From NCBI GenBank assembly GCA_965112155.1, contig OZ218100.1: 64,000 nucleotides of DNA; one strand, written 5' to 3'. This stretch comes from Podarcis liolepis (taxonomy: Eukaryota). The notes under the pieces are model-generated. The model was given only the letters and a program-made list of their open reading frames with translations, made no database searches and was not told the DNA's origin. Shown here piece after piece: positions 40,633-53,213 of the stretch (position 1 is its first letter; each line of letters begins with the position of its first letter). Both the position numbers and the translations under genes were made by a program.

Positions 40633-40773
40633 CTGTGATGACGTAAAACCAGACATATGGAACGCAGAAAAGACTAGGGGTAACTCAGCCTTCAGCAACA
40701 TCTCAACATAATGTGCACTGCAAAAATAGATTGGATGGATCCCAGACGCTGCTGTGTCAACGGGCAGGTGAAT
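40633..40773 (-). CDS. TBC1D32: TBC1D32 exon (141 nt): [47 protein letters not shown]
   Basis: Acceptor cattgaccag|A, donor CAG|gtaata; TBC-like domain segment. Confidence 0.96.
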
Positions 40774-41813
40774 CTGGTCAATGAAGCAACAATACCCCAA
40801 AGGATCCTTATTATACAGCTTTTCAAAGGTCTCCCTTCAAAAAAGATGTCACCTTCCCTCTGCCCATTCATTATCCACATGCAGAATAGAACAGTGATCG
40901 CTTTTCCTAATTTATGTCTAGCTGTAGAAAGTTTATTTGCTCCCAACACAACTAGAAAAAAAAATACGGCAAAGTAGCCAGTAACATTTACCATTGCTTT
41001 GGGAGCAATGGGAAGAAAGGACTACCTGCTTCCCCCTTCCCTCCACAGTCCCCTGATAATCTGGTCCTGAAGGCTGCCCCCCCCCCCGGGAATATGGGAC
41101 ATAAGTGATGGGAGCTGCAGATGGATGGTGGATCTGGCAAAAACTGCATGTCCCTCTTAAATGAATGGAGAAGCGCCTTAGGATCCAAGTCACAGTCCTT
41201 GCCAGGGCCAGACATTTGGCTGTCTTCAAGCAGCTGCATTGCACATTCCAAAATGTGTGTTTCAGAATCCCTTGGAGTGTTGTCGAAGGTGTTGCAGCAC
41301 ACCTCTAATGCTGGACTGCTTCACAGAAACCAAGAGCTGCACACTAGCAAGAGCTGTGGCTCTTCAAGGAATCCTGGCATGCACAGAATTCCTTGGTGCC
41401 TAATAGAAGCATTTCGGTTCCAAGTGGACTGCTTGGGGTCTTTCTGCTGACCTACCTTTTGCAAGGAGAGGTTTACTATCTCTAAAAAGTAGTGTACAGG
41501 AAAGCCTGTTCTTGCCAGAAACTCCATGAATCGAATGACAGCCTGCTTGCCTTAAACTGCATTTATGACATTTAACCGCTAATTTGAGTGCTTTGTTACC
41601 AGTGTTAACAATATGATTTGGCTTGTGGCTTCCCTACTAGATGTGAACCATTGCTTTGACCTCTAATGGCCTTAGAAACAAACGGGCATCAACTGTGCAA
41701 GCGTCGAGGAAGTTCCAGAATATGATTTGGAATTGTCACATGTCCATAATGTTCATGAGTAGCACTTCTTGATCATGCCCTACACTATTTCTTAAACTCT
41801 TTTTCAAATCTTA

Positions 41814-41909
41814 TAGTAGAGTATCTGAAGAAGTGTGCATGCACACGAAAGCTCATACCAAGAACTAACTTAGTTGGTCTTTAAGGTGCTACTGGAAGGA
41901 ATTTTTTTA
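41814..41909 (+). mobile_element. Penelope-like element (PLE) terminal fragment
   Basis: 12-bp TSD TTTCAAATCTTA (41802-41813, 41910-41921); same sequence family as 48154-48366. Confidence 0.85.
41821..41858 (+). ncRNA. Minimal type I hammerhead ribozyme motif (PLE-associated)
   Basis: GUAU-CUGAAGA-A-GUGUGCAUGCACAC-GAA-AGCU-C-AUAC: stem I GUAU/AUAC, intact core, palindromic stem II, palindromic minimal stem III AGCU, cleavage triplet CUC. Confidence 0.8.
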
Positions 41910-42591
41910 TTTCAAATCTTAGTCACTCTTGTCATATGGCTTTATTATTTTGGGGTGCTGACATGTCTCAAGTGGGGAGCCACACTTGCCCTGTTTGCTC
42001 AGTTTTCTAGTATGTGGAAGTTTATGTTACTAGGAGAGTAAAAAATTAAACATACAAGTTTTCATTTAATTCTGTGATTATTTATGTTAAAGGAAACTTG
42101 TATAAATATCTGAGATGCTAAAATAGTGAGGCTCTGACTAGCAGTGACAATGCAAGCTGGCTTACTTTTTCCCCCTTATCCAAAATTGCTACTTTGTATC
42201 ATTTAATGATTTTATAATAAAACGAAAGCTACTAATCTAAAGCATGAGGTTGCACATAGCAATAATAATAAAAAGGCCATTCAATAGTTCTATCTGCCTA
42301 CATACAGAATTTAACACTACTAATAAAGTGAATTTTATGGCTCACTTTAAAATTCAATAACACCACCACTGCTATCTGTCTACCTGTTTTTTTCCCTGGT
42401 TCCAGACAACCATTTGAGCAGATGTCAAATCCATATTTTTCTGAGAGAAATTTTGCAGGGCAAACATTTGGTTAAAAAAACCTTTAAGTAACTGCATTGT
42501 GTTCTGTTTATAAACAACTTTGGAAATATTAAATTTCATTTAAAATGTTCAGAGCAATCTTGTCAAGATGAAACCTTTTTTGAAGTCTTAC

Positions 42592-42746
42592 AGAACTGTG
42601 CAGCCGTGGTATCCAAAGGAATGCTGACACAAGAAGACGGGAAAACTGGTGGAGAAAATTTAATGTTTTTTCCCTGTCTCCCATCATTATTAGAAATACA
42701 GAAGATGCAAACCAATCAAAGCCGACGTATCCTCCCTGCAAACCAC
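42592..42746 (-). CDS. TBC1D32: TBC1D32 exon (155 nt): (R)[51 protein letters not shown]
   Basis: Acceptor ttttcctacag|G, donor TCT|gtaaga; strong match to human [29 protein letters not shown]. Confidence 0.96.
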
Positions 42747-43217
42747 CTGTAGGAAAACGTTCAGGAAATCCAAGGGTTTGTTGTTAAATGCAGAAAAACC
42801 CTGCCATCGAAAACACATCTATTAGTAGACCATTATTAGAAAAGGATCAGGCCTAGATACCAAATCCAGAGACTTAAGGGTATTCACATGCATCATGTAC
42901 AAAGTACACCCCTTTCACTGCAATTGTGAATGCAAATCTATAACTGTGGGATGTCTGTGGATCTGCTTTCTAAACTGGAGTAAGTGGGGAAACCACTGTA
43001 GATTTTTAAAAAACTCTGGGCAGAAATAGAAACTTAGATGGGAGAGCATCTGCTCTGGAAAATATGCCTGTTGAGAAAGGAAAATGTTATGAAGTTCCTG
43101 CCTATATGGCACAAATCTTTGTGCCATCTTAAATAATTCAAGAAGGCATCTTAAAAATTATTTTGACAGTTATACCAACAAAAGACTTGGTGATGTTTAT
43201 ATTATGAGAAAGGATAC
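42747..43217 (-). other. TBC1D32: U12-type (minor spliceosome) GT-AG intron, 471 nt
   Basis: 5' splice site GTATCCTTTC matches RTATCCTTT exactly. Branch sequence TTTCCTGAAC at 42768-42759 (consensus TTCCTTRAC), with the branch A 13-14 nt from the terminal AG. Confidence 0.9.
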
Positions 43218-43333
43218 GCAACGTTGTCCTCAGAACTGCCTGTTGTCGTTTCAAAAAAATTTCACAGTGCATTATTACATGGCATAGATCATCTTCGGCA
43301 TTCTCTCTCAGCAGGTTCAAATGTTTACCATAG
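43218..43333 (-). CDS. TBC1D32: TBC1D32 exon (116 nt): (S)YGKHLNLLRENAEDDLCHVIMHCEIFLKRQQAVLRTTL
   Basis: Acceptor ttttggtttag|C, donor C|gtatcctttc; aligns to human YGKFLSLLKDGAENDL...HCERFLKQQQ. Confidence 0.93.
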
Positions 43334-45182
43334 CTAAACCAAAAAAAAAAAAAAGGTTAACTTAACTAGAAGCTATACACATTTTCATTTACTTATTTCA
43401 TTACGGAAAAGAGCACACCAGACATTAATGTGAGTGATTTGTAGCCAATTGGCAGAAGCCTTAATCCACATCATATTTATAGGCAATCTATACTGGGCAA
43501 ACATGTCTGCAGCTGTTTCTTTCTTTTAAACCTTGCTACTTTATTTAAGATGCATAACATTACACATAAAATAATAATCTGAATACAGAGAGCTCATGGA
43601 AGGGCTTGATACAAACCCAACAATATTTGTGACTCCTTCTTCAAACAGCTGAACTCCATCACCACCACCCATGGCACATCATAAACTGCATTTGAAAGTC
43701 CCTCATTCCCAGATTAAACAGTTTTCCATGTGGCTTAGATGGCTGGTCTTCAAAAGAAAGCACTCTAAAGGCCCCTTGGGTTCGTGGTACTAGTTTAACG
43801 GTTCTTTGAATCCTGGCCTGACCTCTCTCTCCAAATAAAGCACAGTCTGCCACTTAAATGAGACCGCTGGTTAATTTCTGCGTGAAATGTATGATATAAT
43901 GGATTAAGGCACTGATTTGACAAAATTATGCTCTTTCTGTTAAGGATGCTGCAACTGCATGCAAAAAATGATGTAGTTACTCAGATATTGCTGTTCCACT
44001 AATGTAAACAAATAATCCCAAACCTTCCTTATGCCCAGCTCCAACCAAAGTTGTTGGTGGTTTTGCTGGGGACGTAGGAGCTGGGTGTGAAGCCTCAAGC
44101 TAGGTACAGGAAAGTACAAAAAAGTATATTAAATACACATTAGATTACATGTTCCCAACCACAACTGGCGCCGTTACAGCAAGACCAGGATGCATAAAAG
44201 GAACGTAACGTGCAACATAAAAATGAGTAAAACAGAATTTTTGAACCTGTACCTGGTACTTTCCATGACTATCTATCTGCATCTGCTTGCAAATCTTATT
44301 TGCCTTTTTAAAATTGTGTGAGTGTCTTCTCATCAAGGCAAGGTAGCAAATAGAACAGAAATAATGGCACAACAGTATTGTACAAGCATTTGCACATTTA
44401 AAATGTTAAAACAAATGGGCTGCCCTACAACTATAATATGTGCCAGCCTAGTGAAAGCATAGGTGTGGCGTGTATTTATATTTTTATATAAAAAATATAG
44501 AGCAAGAATGGCTAACCTTTCTGGGCCTGAGGGCTGCAGTTAACCTTGAACAACCCCCTGAAAGCTGCATACCAGCAGTGCATGTGATCAAAAGTGTGTG
44601 TAGCCATCTCACTCCCTTGCACATGCACACACATGCATATCCATTGATACTAGACATTTTTAGTATAAAAACTTATTAAATTCTTCCACAAAGCATTCTG
44701 CTTTGCTTCAGGCTTCCATTTGCACCCCACTGTTCACAGCTTAAGTCAGCTTTAAAATGCACATTATGTTGATTTAGATTATTATTCATTCTAGGAAGAT
44801 CAAATAAAGCATATACAATGGAAATATGTTGATAGTTTAAATAAATGAATGAAACATTAGTGGTTCAAGAGCAAGGAAGAAGATTACTAGGTCTCAGTTG
44901 AATTAATATGGAATTATTAAAGCATCTGTTAATAGTATTTTGGTAAAATACTATTCAGAGCTTGGTTACTCATAGTAGAACAGCTTACTACAAAAATAAT
45001 AGTATGTATTATAAAGATGTTTTTAAAATATCTGATACTCCTGTTACTGTACTTCCTATGAGGAATGGCTTGAGGGAAGCAGTGGCTTCCTGTTACCTTA
45101 CCATGTAAAATTCACACTGTTGTTCATGACTTTAAAAGCCCTAAAGGGCAGAGGCCTGGCTGATTTAATGAATCAAGGTGAC

Positions 45183-45326
45183 CACAGATTCAAAGAACTG
45201 TTGTGTTGGAAGGGAACATGAGGGTCATCTAGTCCAATTCCCTGCAATGCAGGAATATTTTGCCCAATGTGGAGCTCAAACCCACGATCTTGAGATTAAT
45301 AGTCTCATGCTCTACCGAATGAGCTA
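45183..45326 (-). mobile_element. tRNA-Lys-derived SINE with CR1-like tail (Squam3-like)
   Basis: Reverse complement TAGCTCATTCGGTAGAGCATGAGACTATTAATCTCAAGATCGTGGGTTTGAG is fused directly to GGACTAGATGACCCTC...CTTCCAAC. Confidence 0.85.
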
Positions 45327-48051
45327 CTCTCACTCCTAAAGCATGGTGTGAACTTATTTATGTCCTGCCCTTCGTCACAACTTATCTTAGGGTGAATTAC
45401 AAAAAAGTTACAATATGATAAAGCACTAAAATACTGTTAAAATCATCAAAGTAAACCCATATGGTTGCCTATACCTACTCTCTGTAACTGTGTGACTACA
45501 CAGAGATATTTAGAAAGCATGATGGAAGAGAAAGCAATTCAGCTGGCGCTGAAAATGAATGGCATCAGCTCAGTCTTGGAGAGAGGGACATTCCTTAACT
45601 GATGGAACCAGCGCTGAGAAGCCTCTAATTACATTTTTGGTGGTACTGTCAGAAGGACCAACCTAGCTCATTTCAAAGGCTTGGCAGGACAATATAGAGC
45701 AGGGTAGGGCCACCCACCTGTCAATCACCTAATGTCATAAAGACGTCACAAGGGTCTTGCAAAGTTCCTAAGCTTATATTGTAAAATAACCAAGAATGTT
45801 CTTCTATTTCACTATTGCTCCTACTGTGACCAACAGGGACCTTTAGATAGACCTTCTCAGTAGAAGTCATACAATTATAAAATTCTCACTCCTGAGATGT
45901 CTGCTAGTCAGAACCTAATCATCTAGAAGCACTCTCTAGTTTGGGGAGGCCTTTGGTGCACCGGGTTAATTCAAATTGTTAACTGGTTTCAAGACAAAAC
46001 AAAACATGATTTTTGTATTCAGTTAGGGGGTTTATTTTATCATAGTAGTAATCAAGCACTTTTCTTTTTGTGTAATCTGGTTATATATTTTTTAACCTGC
46101 ACTAGGCCTCCGGGGTAGAGCAAATAACCAACCTCAAATAAATTACATTCAATGTGTCTGAACACCATTATTAATCCCTTCAGTGGAACAAAAAAGAATA
46201 AAAGCAAATTCCTAGTTTTGAAGGACAAGCTAAATGACCTTTATCAAATCTATTCTGAAAACAACAATTATGGTAATTATGTTGAAATATACAATTCAAA
46301 CTTACTTAAAGGAATGAAAAACATACAAACCATACCAGGAATTATATACTGGTAAGAACATCAGTATTCATTATAAATCTCAGCTATGAAGTCACTGGGG
46401 TGACTTAGGCGATCCTTTAACTCTTCACCTCAGCCTGCCCTCCTTTTCAATGGCAATAATGGAATATTTATTTCTTTAAAAATGACTGACAACTTTTCAG
46501 GATAAAAAAATGACAAGGTTGTTTACAGATAAATATAGTACAATAAAACATAAAGCAAACGATCTAGAGTTCAGTAAAGCTGGTACTAAGGATTAGAGTC
46601 CAGGAACGCCCATATCAAATGAAAAGTTTTTACCAACAGCAGAACATCTGCGCTGTAGGTTCCTGTCATATCTGTAAGGGGCGGTCATTCCAGTGTGGGA
46701 CACTGGTCTATTTTATACAGGTCGTCTTGTGAGGATTACCAAGAAAATATGAGATAACCGCATTGCACAATATTCACTCTCTGTCCAGTTTACAGCAGGT
46801 GCATGGCTTCTGAGCAGGATCCCCAGAGGGGAACTGGATGCAGCCCAAAGAGAAAATGCAAAGCCATCATTTATACAGCACAACTGATCAGTCGGCATAA
46901 AAAGGTAAAAATAAAGAAAAAAGGCTAATGAATCCATTCTAAGACGGGTACTACTTAGACCTGAAAGCTTGTTATTGGCACACACAAAAAGAACCAAGTA
47001 TGCAAACCTCTGGAGTATTCCATTTGCATTGGGGCACTAATTTTAGTACATCTTTGATAATGAGTATTATTTTGTTTTGATAACATGAAAGTATCCTTAT
47101 ACAGAAACTTAACTTGGTCTCGTGTTGTTTCAGCACATTATAGCCTCATCTACCGTATTTCTAAGATGCTTCATGGAGAACACCCAAAGGCAGACAAAGC
47201 TGGCTGAGAGGTCACTTAAAGTGATGTAGGTGCTGTTCTGCTGGTGGGGAGAGAAGCCTGCCAGCAAACCAGCCCTTATACTGCTGCAGGTCACCCACAG
47301 AAAGCTCCAGACATAGATGTTCTGCTGCCACTGAGGGGTTGCCCAGTGTTTCATGGGCAATGGAGGATCTGATGTACTTCAATCAATCCATTTTTTTGTT
47401 TGTTACAATTTCAGATCAGCCACTAGAATATAGTCCAACACATATAATTTTACAGAGATTATAAATTTGGGATTACCAGTACTACCAAAAGCTAGGGTAT
47501 GTTTGTGTGTTGCCATCCATTCATAATCACACTAGAATGAGTTTTCTGGGTGCTAGTGTGGTTGGTAGAGAGATGTAATCATCTGGTTCCTGGTAATGCA
47601 AGCTGATGTGCATAATTTTGCCACATTGATGAGTCTGGTGTAGTTAATTCCCTTCTGTTGACTTCAATGAGGGGTGTGGGGAGAAAATAGTAGAAACAAG
47701 TCTATGGACCCCCCACAATGGATGCAGTGAGCCAAGAGGGATTGGGAAGTAGCAATAGCTCTACTGTAGGATCAGTGAGAGGGGGAAGAGCTTGCTTGGC
47801 CATTGATTCATGGAACATTACAATATTTTGGTGCTGTACCTGGTCTGGAAGGTGCTGGTAGCAGTGAGAGAAACTGTGTGCAGTTCTGTGGTTCCAAGCC
47901 ATTCACGTTACAATAATGATTTTCACCATAAAATTGTTCAATTTAAATGTTGTATTATGTCGAATGGATGGTTTCAATAGCATTCAAGTCATAACAAATT
48001 AAAAATGAACATTTTATAAATACCTAAGTGAAATGTTTTGACGTAATGTAC

Positions 48052-48118
48052 CTGATTGTCATTTTAATGCCAAGCTGCTGTACAGGTGAAAGAGTTTTGA
48101 TCTCCACATTTGCATCAG
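48052..48118 (-). CDS. TBC1D32: TBC1D32 exon (67 nt): (A)DANVEIKTLSPVQQLGIKMTI
   Basis: Acceptor ttttctttgcag|C, donor CAG|gtacat; VQQLGIKMT motif. Confidence 0.94.
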
Positions 48119-48153
48119 CTGCAAAGAAAAGAAAAAGTCACATAAAAATAAGT

Positions 48154-48366
48154 TCAGGTAGGTAGCAGTGTTGGTCTGACGCAGTCAAAATAAATAAATG
48201 AAAATTAAAATTGTCCAGTAGCACCTTAGAGACCAACTAAGTTTGTTCTGGGTATAAGCTTTCGTGTGGTGTCTGAAGAAGTGTGCATGCACACAAAAGC
48301 TTATACCCAGAACAAACTTAGGTGGTCCCTAAGGTGCTACTGGACATTTTTTTTAAAAAAAAAATT
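48154..48366. mobile_element. Penelope-like element fragment with inverted termini and a mutated hammerhead
   Basis: 12-bp TSD ATAAAAATAAGT (48142-48153, 48367-48378); inverted arms 48212-48268 / 48290-48346. Confidence 0.88.
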
Positions 48367-51300
48367 ATAAAAATAAGTGTTTAACCATTTCAATCTGAAT
48401 TTCTAAGAACTGTTTAAAAGATGAAGTCTTTTAATAAATACAATCCATAATACAGTGAATTTAGTGAAAGCAATAAATAATAGTTATTATAGTTACAATA
48501 AGACAACATTTTGGACTATCTATGGCCTTACTTTTAACAACTGAACTCTACAAGCTTCCATTTTATGACAGATATAAATAACTGTCAGCTTATGGTTCAT
48601 CACCCCTTACAACTTCATAAAACTGTCAAAGTGGCACCTTGCCTAAATACTGTCTGTAGTACTTCTGCACAATCCTATGGGTGTTGCGATGGAGTTCCAG
48701 GAACCATAGGATTTTGCAGATGAATCTCGCCTTCTCCGTGGGCTCTGAAGAAGCTTCATCCAGGTTGCTATGAAAAGATCCATAGCTACTACTTCCCCAC
48801 AGAGAAGAGGGCAAAAGGGAGCATTTTGCGGGTGGATTTAAGTGGTGTCTTTGGATCTGCTTGAATTCAAAGCCCTTTCACTCTGAAACCGTCGGGAAAG
48901 AATGCCGACCCTTTGGCTGGTGTCCTTCTTTTCCCTATTCAAATTCTTGGGGGGGGGGGAACTAAAAGCCAATAGGAGGAGAGAGAAAATGGGGAACAAC
49001 ACCATCACACCACCTTCTGTCCTGAAAGTGCATTCCCAGAGGGCTTTGGATTTTGTGATTTGTCTTCTATAACTACTAACCACTCCCAACACTGTTGCTC
49101 TGTCTAAGCACTTATCCCGCAGACAGAACTTGACATCAAGTGCTCTTCTCCAATATTTGACTCAACTCAGCCTTTTGCCAAGTATGGGTAGCATCCAGTA
49201 AAAACAATAGCCTAATTCACTATAATCAAAATGAACGAACAGATTATCCTGTTTCACAGTCTCTTATATATATATGTATCTATTCATGACATAAATTAAT
49301 GTGCAAAATTGTGGCTGGGTTGTCATTATAGCTATGTTTTCCTATTCAGAAGATATTTGTATCAACTCTTTCAGTGCAGATTTTAAAATGGCTTGCAGAA
49401 CTCTTCACAATTGAAGTACACTTAATATTAACCAATGAGTGAAGCATTGGCCTGGTGCGGTAGTTCTTAGATTTTTCCAGGCTAACAATGTTTTCATCTG
49501 CTGTTTATAAAAAAAGTGGGCCTACAAGTCTTTCTTTGTACTTTATTTAATACATTAGGAGCTCAAAATCTCTACAGGGAAGGGGAGGAGGCACGAAAGC
49601 TGCAATTGTAATGATGCACAAAATGTACCTTGTTTATTCCAAGATACATTATTTAATTTCCCCCAAAATCAATGTGAAACCCATTTTATTAAAAATGTCT
49701 TGAAATAATGTGGCTTTCAGAACAAAAGCATCAAAGGATCAATTTTCTCAATAAGAAAACCATTTTCCCCTTAACAAAAGGCAGAATATCTCTGAACTGT
49801 CAATCAGACAAAGAGGTGAAACTGCTATAGTTGTTAAGCAGAATGAATAAAATATGCTATGGCAGCAGCTCCCAAGATGCCAAATTCAGGGAAAAGATTT
49901 AAGTACACCTCACAGTTCAAAGAGAAATAAAAATTGCACAGAACATGTGTAATTCATTTTTTAAAGAAATCAAACATTCAATTGGATGTATCACAATTCA
50001 TATTTAATTTCAATATATGGTGACTGTCAGAATTCCAGATACAGTCATGCTGAGAACTTGTGCTGAAGTAGTTTAACAATATTGACCATTTTTGTTTTTC
50101 AAAACACATCCTTAATTCAGAATTCACCGGCTTCTAAGAAGAATAAGGCAGCCTCCCCACCACCATACACCATTTTAAAAATCAGATCTATTGTGTGCAG
50201 TTCTTAGGTTTTCTATCAAATTTAGATTCTAAAATAACAATTTAATAGTCTATTAAACAATACCAAAAATCGTTTCTACTAGTTGGATGCCATTAACATT
50301 GATAATTACAAGTGTTGGTGTCAATTTTCCCAAAAGGAATGTGACTTCCTCTTCTTAGTGTTAACAGGATGCTATTCTTGACATCCAAGAAGCACAACTT
50401 CTTTTTGCATACAATATTAATTGCATTAATCCATAACAAATTCACTATCTTTATAGGGGTTCTTCCAACTCCCAGACTTCCCCCCACTCCTCTCCCCGGT
50501 TTCCAATAATTATCTCTTCTCTTTTCTGTGACTAAATACTTTTATCTAATCTATTAAGTCTGCCTTTTCAATACCCTTTATCAAATTATATTACAAGTGC
50601 TAATCCAAGCCTGCTAACGTTTTTAAATGTTTGCAATGCTCCTTCATATATTCTATAAAGTTAATCCATTCATTTCTAATTTTTTTTTTTGTCCTCTTGG
50701 TGTCTAATCTTCCCATTCCCATTCAATTTCGTCATTTTGGCATAATCCATCCAGCTCTCTTTTTGCATAGAAGGAAGCTGCTTGAGCAACTGCTTCTCTT
50801 CCACCTCCATACTGTAGGTACTGAAATAAGAATGACCTGGACAGGCAATGGGTCTCTCTCCCTGAAGCCACTTGGACCCAGAGGCTGTAACCAATCACCC
50901 TAATGTACTAGCAGAAGCTAACTTAAGGATTCCTACCAGTGCAATGGGACCTTTCCCCTTCTCATCCCCGTGTTCTCTCCCCCCCCCCCCATATGCTCCA
51001 GAGGATTGAGAGAAATCCCAAAACAGTGCATGGTGGAAGTAGAGAGGAGACCTTAACTGCAAGAGTGAGAATACGCAGAACCTATGTTTATCCCATCTTT
51101 ATGTTTACCCCATCAAGAGGAATCTGGATGGCTCTCATGCTGGCTTACAGAGTATGATAGAAAAAATAAAAAATAAAATCCAACATAAAACTAAAACTCA
51201 AAAGAAATATGGTAACAGTGGCTGAAAACAGCAGCTAGAACACAATTCAGTTTAGAAGTTAAATGCCTTTCATAAAGGTCAAGAAAACTAAAAAAAGATA

Positions 51301-53167
51301 ACAATGAATAATCTTCTTTCCTAGAACACAAAATTCCAATCTCTTACAAATCTACACATAATAAAATAATTCTTTGCACTTGCATCCTTAGATACCATCT
51401 AGCAGATGAGCAATCCTGTCCTCATGCTAAATTACTACTGGTAAGAATAAAGCAATTTCAAAACATAAAGGTCAATTTTTAAAAGTGCAATCCATGTTCC
51501 AGGATTTTCAGCTTTTATTGCTACCTTGAAAGGAGATGCAAAATAATGTGTATGATCTGTCCTAATTCTAATTACATGAGACGTGTTCAGCTCGAAATAT
51601 ATACAGCTACTTATTTCTAAAATGACATTACATTCGCCAGAATTTTAAAGACTCTCTTCAGCTGGAATTGTTTCTCTATTAACAAAGTACTCCTCAGAGT
51701 TTTGAAGGGGAAAAAAAATAAAATGTGAGCAGCAGAAGTGCAGTCTTAGTTTTATAGAGCTCAGTAACCCCATGTAATCAAATGGCAAGCATGAAAATAA
51801 AAAACCCGTGGAAGACAACAAAGTAAGAAATGTTCTTTTAATAGCCAAATCCCAAATGGGACATGCAGCCCAATTTGTAATGTTTGCTATGCTCTCCAAT
51901 TAAAAAAGAAGCTTTGTCCACTTTCACTTCATTGCCAAACTATGGGCAAGAACTACATGGAAGGGAGGGATGAGAGGAGATATTTTCCAGAAAAAAGGTC
52001 AAAGGTTGCTTTTAATACACACACACACACACACACGAGTGAGGTTATAATGTTTAGTCTTATCTCAGGACAATCTAGCCAAGTAGGGTCAACCATTAAT
52101 GATGGGCAGGAAATGATTTTCATTGTCCCACTTTTAGAGATCCTTTAATAAGAAATAAGATTTCAAACCTATGCCTGAAAGACATGCCCAACATGTCTGA
52201 CTATTACTCCATACCAAAACTAATATTTAAAAAACCCAATCCAGAGACATTTAGGATGCCTGTGAGACGGATCCTAAAGTGAGTTTTGTCTTCACCATGC
52301 TAATTTTCTGCAGAAAAATATTAAATCTTGCAGAGGGGCCCAAAAAGCACAGCCCAAAAATAGGTTTGCCACTCCAAATGTTATCTTATGAGTAGACTTA
52401 AATCTGGGGTTTCACAAATGTAGCTGGAAAATGGCGAGTCTGCTACCTTAGCATCTTAATTTATAGCAGATGATCTGATGCGAACATTGCTGTCAGGACT
52501 AGCAAGTACTCCAGTACCACCTCTAGGGCCAGCAGGCTGCCATATGGCGATGGAAAAGAGAAACAAAGAGGAAAGATTTTAAAAATATCTAGTGTCAGTT
52601 TTGTTGTGGTAGTTTGAGCTCAGGAGTGATATTTAAAGTTATATATAGCTATATGCATGGATCATATTCATAAGTCATCCATATATTATATGAAAGACAG
52701 AGGCTGGATTTCCAGAAGTCTTTTTTCATAGAAGCTTTAACTTTAAGCGCATCTTCCACATAAGCCAACAGACAGGCAATATAGAGTTAAGTGTTGCTAT
52801 TGTTTATTATAATTTTTTTAAGCCCTGCAACTGTATAAATGTCAATATATTAGCTTATTATTCTCCCTCATCTTTAAAACGCTAACCGAAACTAATTTGA
52901 TTTTTCCAGATTTGCAAATTTTGTAATGGATTGAAATCCTGAGGGATTTCACAACAGCTGGATGAATTGTGTTATTCTAATTTCAACTACCCAAGGGTTT
53001 AGAAAGCTGCTGTAGTTTAAGATAATCAATTTCTCATTTCCAGAAACATGATAACACTGAATATCAATGCATTGTCCTGAAACTACTTTCATATAACACA
53101 TTGATTCTATTCATTAAAAAGCCAGGCTAAACTATTGTTATACTCCCTGTTGATCAAAGCCTAACCA

Positions 53168-53169
<2 letters not shown>

Positions 53170-53209
<40 letters not shown>
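53170..53209. repeat. (GT)20 microsatellite
   Basis: Direct reading. Confidence 0.95.

Positions 53210-53213
<4 letters not shown>

Noticed and set aside
41321-41323. Selenocysteine read-through of the in-frame TGA
   Set aside because: No selenoprotein motif, no SECIS element I can identify, and an intronic location.
45250-45326. tRNA-Lys gene
   Set aside because: The anticodon loop and B box are mutated, the 5' acceptor stem is missing, and it is fused to a CR1-like tail; it is a SINE head.
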